Positions 10,701-19,035 of a stretch of 64,000 nucleotides of DNA are shown here, in pieces (position 1 is the first letter of the stretch; each line of letters opens with the position of its first letter). This stretch comes from Corallochytrium limacisporum Hawaii (taxonomy: Eukaryota > Protista > Pluriformea), in assembly GCA_002811645.1 (NCBI GenBank), contig PDIP01000122.1, forward strand, positions 183,962 to 247,961, given 5' to 3'. Position numbers and translations under genes: made by a program. Below the pieces are notes generated by a model, which worked only from the letters and a program-made list of their open reading frames with translations, had not been told where the DNA came from and did not search any database.

Positions 10701-12072
10701 GCGGCTGTGATCCTAATTGATAGCGTTGGCGCATCAGCAGTTGAGCTATATCTTCAACGGAATGCTCCAGGACGCTGTCAATGTTTTGTGATGGGGGAGA
10801 TTGGTCTTTGTCACTCAATCCAGCGAATGCTATGGAGTCACTATACTCTTCTATCCGAAACAGAACATCCTCAGTGGGCTCTGCGTACTGCCAGCGCAAG
10901 CGTGACCGTGTGATCCATATCAAGAACTTCGAAACTGAAGCCTCCAAGGACTGTTGATTTTCTGCGCTGAGTGCTGGTCCAAAGATGGCCCGAATTAGTA
11001 GCAACGCTGTGCAAAGGTGAAGTTGCGATTTGTAGATGATGCCCAGTAATTTAGATTCTTCCGATGTTACCGTCCATAAGGTCTCGTCCATGCCTTCAGA
11101 TATGTTTCCCCAGCGCACCAGCTGAGGTGTCTCAATGGTTTCACAGAATAGTTTGATCTCTGACTTTGCTGCTGTATAGACACCTAACCGGATGTCACTG
11201 AATAGAGTGTTCACAATGGACTGACCAATGTAATCGCCAGCAGTGGCTGCAAGGAGTCCGTCTTCCGCCCGGGCCGTATTTGCAAATTCCCAAACTCTAG
11301 AATGGATAGGCAGCATTCGCACTAGGTTTCCTTTAGCCTGTTCCAGTTCCTCCTGATTGAGATGCTGTTCCAACAAGTGCTTAAAGTCCCAAGTTTCGCC
11401 GAATCGGCTCATGACGTTATATTGGTCACTCAAGTGCAAACTCATTTCACTGAGGCGAAGGAGACCATACAAGGCCAGGCCCATGTTGATGGATCTGTCT
11501 GTTGTGTATCCCGAGCAAAAATTCATCCATTTGATGATCATTTCTACCCCATTGTGGTGGCGCAACACGGCCCGCCCAGGACTGCTAGTACTGGCCTCGA
11601 AGAGGAAATTCAGAGCCAAATTGAATCTATTCCACACAGGCGTATCGTCTACCGTAACGGCCTCTGTCTTTACTGCCTGATTCCCACTGGCTGCACAAAG
11701 CTTCGAAAAGTAGACCCCAGCCCATCGACAGACACTGATGATCGTCTCAGCCGGTAGGAGACATCTCGGAGTGTGGTCGGAGGGTTCCCTGGATCCCCGC
11801 AGTGAACCCTCGCTCACGGATGCCTTTTTTTGCGTCTTTGCATGGGAACGGCACATTTCAACAGAGGAAACCATGAATTCCTCCATGAGATCATCTTGCG
11901 TGGCGTTCCCATAATCGCCGGCTTTTAACCTTTGCCACAGAGCGGACAAGTCGGGCTCGTCACTCGGCAGCGTCGGGGCGCATCCGGCTAATCGTGAACA
12001 GTCCGCACACTGGCCGAGAACTTGGTCTTTCTCCGGCTTCTCCGACGAAGAGCTGCCCCATAACCAGCTCAT
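1792..12072 (-). CDS. BEACH-domain protein, neurobeachin-like (NBEAL1/2 type): ARM-like, ConA-like lectin, PH-BEACH, WD40
   Basis: 3426 aa intronless ORF. BEACH motifs (W..[75 protein letters not shown]), an upstream PH domain ([13 protein letters not shown]), the NBEAL-like [14 protein letters not shown], and C-terminal WD40 repeats (GH.[15 protein letters not shown]). Confidence 0.95.
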   Translation of the reverse strand: [3426 protein letters not shown]

Positions 12073-12788
12073 GGTTGTACCGTACGAATTGGGTTTATGA
12101 CATCTTGGTGTCCCGATTGGTCTTCTAGTTTGCTTTCATCGCTGTCATGAGATTTACGGTTTTCACGACCACATTATCAGATTCCGTGGCTGTGACACCT
12201 GTGTCAGTATTGCTAAATCATTTAAAGCAAGACAGTGCCTTAAACGGACGGAAACCATGCCTCAATCTACACCAGTTCTCACGTACCAAGGCGCATCGAC
12301 CGACCGTACGCGTATCTACCAGCAGATGTCCTCCCCGGGGCCAAGAGGGCGCAACACCAAGCCAACACAACCGGCGAGACCCGCGTCTTCCCGCTCAGTT
12401 ACTGTCCATTTTTCGTTCGCTCACTCGCCCAGACTCCGGGCCCGCCGTTTCTCACCCTACCGGAGCAAACCGTTTGGGGACCTCGTCACTGGGGGAGGAC
12501 TGATATTTAGTTGGGAGCGGTGGGAGGGGGGGCCACATCACTCCGATTTCATTTGGTTGTCGTCCGGGCCGATTGCTTTTCGAACGCATGATGGATGGAT
12601 GGCAACTGTTGTGACAAAGGTGTGGACAGCACGTCTGTCTTTTCTACTGTGAGATGTCTTGAGATGTGTGTATTTTCTTTAACTGTACGATTATGTCATG
12701 TTGGGGAAGTGCATTGTTGTCCGTTTAGACCTTCACTGATAGATGACTAGCATATGATTGGATGGAGACGGCTTGGTGATTTGTAGAC

Positions 12789-13343
12789 CTATTCGCTCTG
12801 CTCAAGTTTGAGTTGCTCTCGCAGCCTTTCGATCCTGGAGCCAGAAGCATACGGCTGTCCCGTCCACACATTCGCAAACTGACGAATTACTTGAGGATCT
12901 TCAGTTTCGCTCAGCTGTCCCAGGATGCGAAGTTTCACAACCAGTTCTCGTCGCAGCTCGACACGCAAGTCATGGAGCAGCCGTGCAATGCAGGGCGCAG
13001 ACGAATACTGTGCAAATACTGAATCATCACGCATCTGTGCACAGTCAGTCTCCGCAGTGAATATTTTATCCAACTGCTTTGACCAACTCTCCAGGTCCTG
13101 TCGTAAATTGGTCATTCCGCCCTGATACTGCTTGTCGGCCGATCGCTTTATCGCGGGTAGTACTTCCGGAAACCGAACCAAGACGCCCAGCTCGGCCTTC
13201 TCTACGTGCATCATTTTCAATTTAGCATTCAGCACTATTTGCATGTGTTGTATGCTGTTGTTCTGCACCCTTTGCCACATGTCAATGGCATGCAGCCCTT
13301 CTGATAAGCACAGCTGTACTTTTCTATGTTCAACAGCGGTCAT
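12789..13343 (-). CDS. C1orf109/AIRIM-like helical protein (AFG2/SPATA5-associated ribosome maturation factor family)
   Basis: 184 aa helical protein. LVRFPEVLPAIKR and SSAPCIARLL..LRRELVVKLRIL..W resemble C1orf109-family motifs as recalled (LRAFPDLKERLRR; SPSVADMLEWL..KRKYLL..W). Recognition by eye only. Confidence 0.55.
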   Translation of the reverse strand: MTAVEHRKVQLCLSEGLHAIDMWQRVQNNSIQHMQIVLNAKLKMMHVEKAELGVLVRFPEVLPAIKRSADKQYQGGMTNLRQDLESWSKQLDKIFTAETDCAQMRDDSVFAQYSSAPCIARLLHDLRVELRRELVVKLRILGQLSETEDPQVIRQFANVWTGQPYASGSRIERLREQLKLEQSE

Positions 13344-13699
13344 GATAAGAAACCTGGGTTTGTACTCATAACGGAGTCATGATGCGAATAGTCTAGTTCC
13401 GTACAAGCACATTATGCTCTGCATACTTCGGGTTCAGAGATCCAAAAGGAACACTCCGCTGAAATACCAGCTCCCGCTTCTTGTGCTGAATTCGAGTGTG
13501 GAGAGGGCGGGGGTGAAAGTAAAAACTTGGTGGGCCCCACCTACCCGCTTGAACAGTGAACAGGAGAGACTAGTTCCAAATTGAGATTGATGTACTGTAC
13601 TGTGTGATAATGATACATTTACTACGACTGATGAATGTGTTACAAAGGGTACAAAAGAAAGAGGTTGATGGGACAATGACCACGTTGCTGAAGTGATAT

Positions 13700-14785
13700 C
13701 TAGCCGTACGTTGCGTAGTACGGATGTTGTGAGCGCCCAGTGGAATCGAGATCGTCAGCAGGGACTTCGAGCAGGCGGCGGTAACCTCCGCGATTACTCA
13801 GAGTGTGTCTACTTTCCTTCACCACATCTTTAAGACTGAGGCAGTCCATGAATGCTTCCTCCATCGAGTAGTGCCTTTCCGGTTCATACTTCATCCATTC
13901 CCGGTGATTAAACGCGTAGAGGTGGACCAGACTAAAGATAAACATCTCCAGGCAAATTAGGAAATCTTGAAAACCAGTGGCAATGTTCTGCGCCGTGAGA
14001 TACGACCCGGCGTCCCGAATAATATCTGTCATCACCAATGCTGACACGGCAACCGATTGCCAGAAAGAAAAGAAAATGACAGATTTCACGCAGAGGAACT
14101 TAGGCACCGGGTGGTACGCCTTGAGATCGTCTCGTAACGCTGTGTAAAACAATACCAGTGCATAGAAACACAGGGAAATGCTCAGATTGTCAATGAATGT
14201 GACGTATGGGTATGCAGATGTCGGGTCCCAGTGTCCCTCGCTCAAGATACCGCACGCCGCAAATACAATCGAGAGAATGGCCAACACGGGCTTGATGAAG
14301 AAGAATTGGAATACCAACTGCTTGATTCGAATAAGAAATGTCGGATGCGACACCTGCACCGGTTTCAGGCAATGATACAGAGGCCACAGATGTGGTGTTG
14401 CACTCTTGTTCTTCAACAACCCCTCCACTCTAAATTCTCCGCCCAGATATCCCATCATGAGCATGAAGAACTGATATAGGACAAAAGCTTCATAAGAGTC
14501 CCTTAAGAGATCAAGGTATACGGATGCGCCTACGAACCACAGTGAAAAGAAAGACGTGATTGCGTACAAGGGAACCATGAAAATAATGCGAATGACCCTA
14601 CGCTGTTGATCCGGATAATTGTAGAAGTTCAAATGTGTAAATATTGAGTATGCGCTCACTATACATGTCATGAAAGTGCTTAACAGAGCAATCTCCCACG
14701 AAAGGACGCGCAAGTGGTGCAGCTGCTCGATAGGCACATTCGGCGGATCGTGCCCAGGGTCATGAGCCAGACCCAATTGCGCCAT
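13700..14785 (-). CDS. TMEM184: TMEM184 / organic solute transporter alpha (Ostalpha) family membrane protein
   Basis: Motifs QRRVIRIIFMVPLYA, RDSYEAFVLYQF, KFLCVKSVIFFSFWQ, QDFLICLEM; about 7 TM helices. First ATG is 14785 (the ORF track starts at an upstream TTG). Confidence 0.93.
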   Translation of the reverse strand: MAQLGLAHDPGHDPPNVPIEQLHHLRVLSWEIALLSTFMTCIVSAYSIFTHLNFYNYPDQQRRVIRIIFMVPLYAITSFFSLWFVGASVYLDLLRDSYEAFVLYQFFMLMMGYLGGEFRVEGLLKNKSATPHLWPLYHCLKPVQVSHPTFLIRIKQLVFQFFFIKPVLAILSIVFAACGILSEGHWDPTSAYPYVTFIDNLSISLCFYALVLFYTALRDDLKAYHPVPKFLCVKSVIFFSFWQSVAVSALVMTDIIRDAGSYLTAQNIATGFQDFLICLEMFIFSLVHLYAFNHREWMKYEPERHYSMEEAFMDCLSLKDVVKESRHTLSNRGGYRRLLEVPADDLDSTGRSQHPYYATYG

Positions 14786-15851
14786 GACTATCAACTTTGA
14801 AATATTCTCGTTTTGTCACTATTGGCTACGTCATTTTCTCAATTTCTGCTTGCTCTTCTCTCTTTGCGGACTTGTAGATGTCTCTTGCCAACCCTAGTCT
14901 CGCTCGTGCTTACGCGAGTTCCCAAAACTGTTCCGTTGTCACTAGCTAATGCGGTGTATTTATCAAATACTGTAACAGATTATACACAGTTTATTAATAT
15001 CACACAGATTTAACTAGCTGAACAGACAACGCACTTTTGCTCATACATCGCACGAAGGAGTCACATCGCTCTCCGACAATTTGCGTTCTCCTTGCTCCAT
15101 CCTCCAGGTTAACCCACAACCCCCAACCACCCCCCCCCCCAAAAAAAAAGAGGACAAGGCGGTGGTGCGGGCCTTGCCGTGCTTTGGTGCCCAGTTCTCA
15201 AGGCTTTTCTCACCAGCCCGCCAACTCACCCCTCATCCCGCACTGCTGGGCGACGACTGCTGCTGCACGTCTCACCCGCCGGCGCACACTTTCGCAGCCT
15301 TCGCAGCAACCGCACCAGGCGCAACAGAGCTTGGGCCAGCGCTCTGCTCTGGTCGGGGCGGTTTCAATTGCAACAGAAGAGGCGTGTCGGACGTAACCCC
15401 AGGGTTGATACATTCAGTACTGGCGCCAGTGGATATGGCCCATCTCCCCCTGTTTCTTTTTTTTTGTCAGTTTTTTTCACGCATATTCACCTGTGCCCTT
15501 GCCCCCTGCAGCTTAAATGGGCGGGTGCCAGGGCTGCAAATAGGCCCCGAATACACACAGGCTTTTCACCAAGGCTGCCGCTACAGAGAGGGGCCACGTA
15601 AGACCTGGCAGGGGCACGGCCAAAGGCGCGACAGGGCGGGTTAAATAGTGAAGGCGGAGAGGCTGTACGACGAGTGGCAGAGCAGATAGGAAAATCGCAC
15701 TGGCAAAGGGGATCGGGGAAGCGGGAGGTTAGCAGCCAGATGGCTCACTGACGATGCGATGGTGACTAGGTACCTCGGTGTCTGGTTCAAATTCAAATTG
15801 TTTATTTCATGCCAATGGTATTCTTGGGTTTAGTTTTCAATCTCGGGGACT

Positions 15852-17078
15852 TTACTGTGAGGGAGCAAGGCGCAGAAACTGAAGCTCTACCCACCCGTCC
15901 TTGGCAAACTTGTCGAAGACGGCAGATAGGTCAGTAAATCGGATCACGCGTTGGCCAGCAACGCGTATCAGATGATCGTTCGGTTTTAAGGTATTGAGGA
16001 CTTTCTCATTCTCAGATCCAGAGAAGAAGGGCGTAATGCGGTTGACCACAGGTCGCAAGACTTCAGGATTCCAGGAATAGCTGATCGCCAGCCACTTCCA
16101 GACTGGGTGTCTCTTGACGCGCACCCTGATGCCACGGCCGGCATGCAGGTAGCATCCTTCCTCAATCGCCATGGCTTTTCGGTGGCGCAGGCCGTAGCGG
16201 ATGCACACTGCATGAGAAAACTTGATTTGTAGCTGCAAGGGAACCTGGATCAAGCGCATATTCATCAACATAGCAGACACGCGATGGAGGTGCCGGATTT
16301 CAAATTCATCAATGTGCCTATTCTGCGAAGCATTTGAAGCAATTACACCCTTAGAGCCCGGGTTGGCGGATGGATCGTCATCATTATAGGGAGATGCCAT
16401 GTCGCTCTGCATTGCGACAGCATGGTATGCATTGAGCCAAAAGTCTTGGTCCTGCCAGATGGCAGACCTTCTAACGTCAGAGTATAGCCGCCTCGTCTTA
16501 TTGTCCGTGATAGTTTTGTATGTAAAACAAGCAGTCATGAGACGCCGTGCAGCATCATACTCCTTCAAATTCAGTGCAGATTCGAGAGATATCTTGATTA
16601 TGTGCACTAAGCGCAAGTATGCTGGACTGGAAAGCATGCAACTGCCACGCTTCAGATGAAGCACACGAGACAGCGCATGCAGCCCTTCGGCCTGATCCAG
16701 AGCACTGGACAGCTGACTGATAGTAACTTCATCATCATTGCAATCGAGAGAAAGAATGTTCTCAAAAGCATGGGAAATAGTGTCAATTACATCACAGTCC
16801 ACTGCATCCTCAACTATGGGTGGCAGGTCCACAGATGGACTACCCGGGCTGTCAATTGAGGGAACACTTGTGCGAGGAATGGTGTCATGTTCGATGATTT
16901 GGTCTCCCTTGGCATTTGAGCACGCTAAATCCGTTAGGCAGGTACTAGCCTGATAGGTTTCTACTTCACTCTCTTCTCCACTATTTGGTTCTAGTGCGTG
17001 CTGCTTTGCATTGGTCGCCCGCCCGCAGGCACCTGAAACCGAAGCTTGGAATCGATTATTTGCTATAGATTCCCGCAT
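15852..17078 (-). CDS. SBF1/SBF2-domain protein with C-terminal PDZ-like domain
   Basis: 408 aa. AYLRLVHIIKISL..EYDAARRLMTACFTY..VRRSAIWQDQDFW resembles the SBF2 (MTMR5/13, MADD-related) helical domain. C-terminal VVNRI..LKPNDHLIRVAGQRV..VELQFLR is PDZ-like. Confidence 0.65.
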   Translation of the reverse strand: MRESIANNRFQASVSGACGRATNAKQHALEPNSGEESEVETYQASTCLTDLACSNAKGDQIIEHDTIPRTSVPSIDSPGSPSVDLPPIVEDAVDCDVIDTISHAFENILSLDCNDDEVTISQLSSALDQAEGLHALSRVLHLKRGSCMLSSPAYLRLVHIIKISLESALNLKEYDAARRLMTACFTYKTITDNKTRRLYSDVRRSAIWQDQDFWLNAYHAVAMQSDMASPYNDDDPSANPGSKGVIASNASQNRHIDEFEIRHLHRVSAMLMNMRLIQVPLQLQIKFSHAVCIRYGLRHRKAMAIEEGCYLHAGRGIRVRVKRHPVWKWLAISYSWNPEVLRPVVNRITPFFSGSENEKVLNTLKPNDHLIRVAGQRVIRFTDLSAVFDKFAKDGWVELQFLRLAPSQ

Positions 17079-18980
17079 AGCCGGCTAAAGCAAATTCCAA
17101 ACCCGTCCTAGATCATTGTAATCTCCGAGCAGATGTCTCCTTATCTTGTATCTGTCCCGGACAAATGACATGGGATGATACACCCAAGTGTGTCCGCGTC
17201 ACAGCTTCATGTTTCTCCTCGCCGGTGAGGCCGGCTGTTGTGGAATACGTTTCTAGATCAGTAACCCATCCGTGCTCCCCGTCGTTATTGTCAAGGAATA
17301 GAGATTTGCTTACGATAAATCATGAAACAGAGACGAGTGGTCTTCAAAGGCTGTGTGGACTGCCAGTATTGGGTGTGTGTGCGCCCTCGTGAATTGGGCA
17401 TTAAGCCCCTTCCCGACAGCATCCCGATCATTGGCACAGAATTTGGCCGCAGCTCCGTATCCCCCTACCGACTTGTTGGAGGTGCGACACAGTACTGAAT
17501 GTTCGGACTTCCACGGCGTAGGGACCATCGGAAATGCCAGACTCCTTCCGGGTTTACGGCCTCCACTTCTCCAAACTGCCCCATTTACTCGCCCCGTGAA
17601 GGGCAATAGAGCGCGTCACTCCTCCCTACGCTCTCTTCCCTGGACGCGGGTTGAAAGGCAGAAGGGGAAGAGAGTCTTGTCTCCCCTACCGCCCGGCCTC
17701 CCCCACCCCACCGGGGAGGGGGGGTTGGGGGGAGCGGGGAGGCCGGGTCTTTGTTCGGTACTCCTGCCACCAAACGTTCGACGCTTTGCTCTCCGAGGTA
17801 ACCGGCGAAGAGGGAGGTCACCGCGCGACAGTTGCAGTAGCGGGAGGGAGGGACGGTCTGGCCTGGTGGGAATTATCAGTGATTTCCGGACCCCTTTGTA
17901 CCCGCCGTATACCTCACGATCCGGACCCACCCCAGCACGATCGGTTATCACGGTGCGACCGCTCAGGGTCCCCGATGCTGCTGCACTCAGCTTCCCATGA
18001 CAGTACCAAATTTCGCGGCTGGTGTCAAAAAAGACCTTTTATTTTGTCGGACACCCCCATTAGAGGTCACGAAGTTGCCCGTAACGGGTACACTACGCCT
18101 ATCCACACTCTGTGGTCAGAGAGGGGCGGCCCTGGTGAATGAAACGGCTGCCCGTGACGCTGCCTTTAAAAAATAATCGCAGAATCAATACTGAAATCAC
18201 AGAGGAGCAGCTACACACCCAGCCCGGGGGTCACTGTGGGGGAGGGGGATATGTAGTTCGTATGTGTTGGTTGTTGATTCCCAAGCCCCTGCGAAGCTAC
18301 TACGTTCGTAAGGTTTCTTTCGATTTTGTGCATCCTGTGCTTTCACGATTTAAGCGTGTTGTTTCTGGCTCGAGAGATACAATTTGTAGAAATTGAAAGG
18401 GACCCCTCCGACTGTGCCGCCTCTCGTGCTACCTAAGCGTAAGCCCGGGATGTTTCAAAAAGACTGTTACGCCATCGTACTGAATGAAAGCACTCTGCAG
18501 TGATCTTTGGCGAGACAAAGAAAACCCCCAAAGGCCGCCTCGGTCTGCGCTTAAAACACCACAAATGGGGCACAAATATGAAATCAGGGCCAATCATGAA
18601 AGAGCTGGGTCTAATTTGTATTAAACCAGAACCATATGTCATTTTCTTGATTCAGGCAACCTAACCCCCCAAGCCGGAAGATTGCTATCTGTTCAACCCC
18701 CCCTTTCGACCTTTTCTCAAAATTGCTGAGAGCATAGGGGTGAGGCACCGATATTTAAATCCTGGAACCTGGAATCCGTCGACCACCACAAAAAATAAAA
18801 ATTCTCTCCATTCATTCATTAAATACACATGGTCAAAGTGTGGTCCACACATGCAGACAGATCTACCCGATCCTGCCGCACTCTGACTCCTCTCTACTGA
18901 ACTATGGCTGATCCCCCCCCCCCCCGGGCATCTTCTTCTCGCCGCCCTAGTTTCTGCCACCGCCTCCGCAAACAAAACCT

Positions 18981-19035
18981 NNNNNNNNNNNNNNNNNNNN
19001 NNNNNNNNNNNNNNNNNNNNNNNNNNNNNNNNNNN
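18981..19035. other. Assembly gap (55 N) flanked by a near-identical ~89 bp duplication
   Basis: N run. 18892-18980 and 19036-19123 are the same sequence except C13G3 vs C11G4 and one C/A substitution. Confidence 0.95.
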
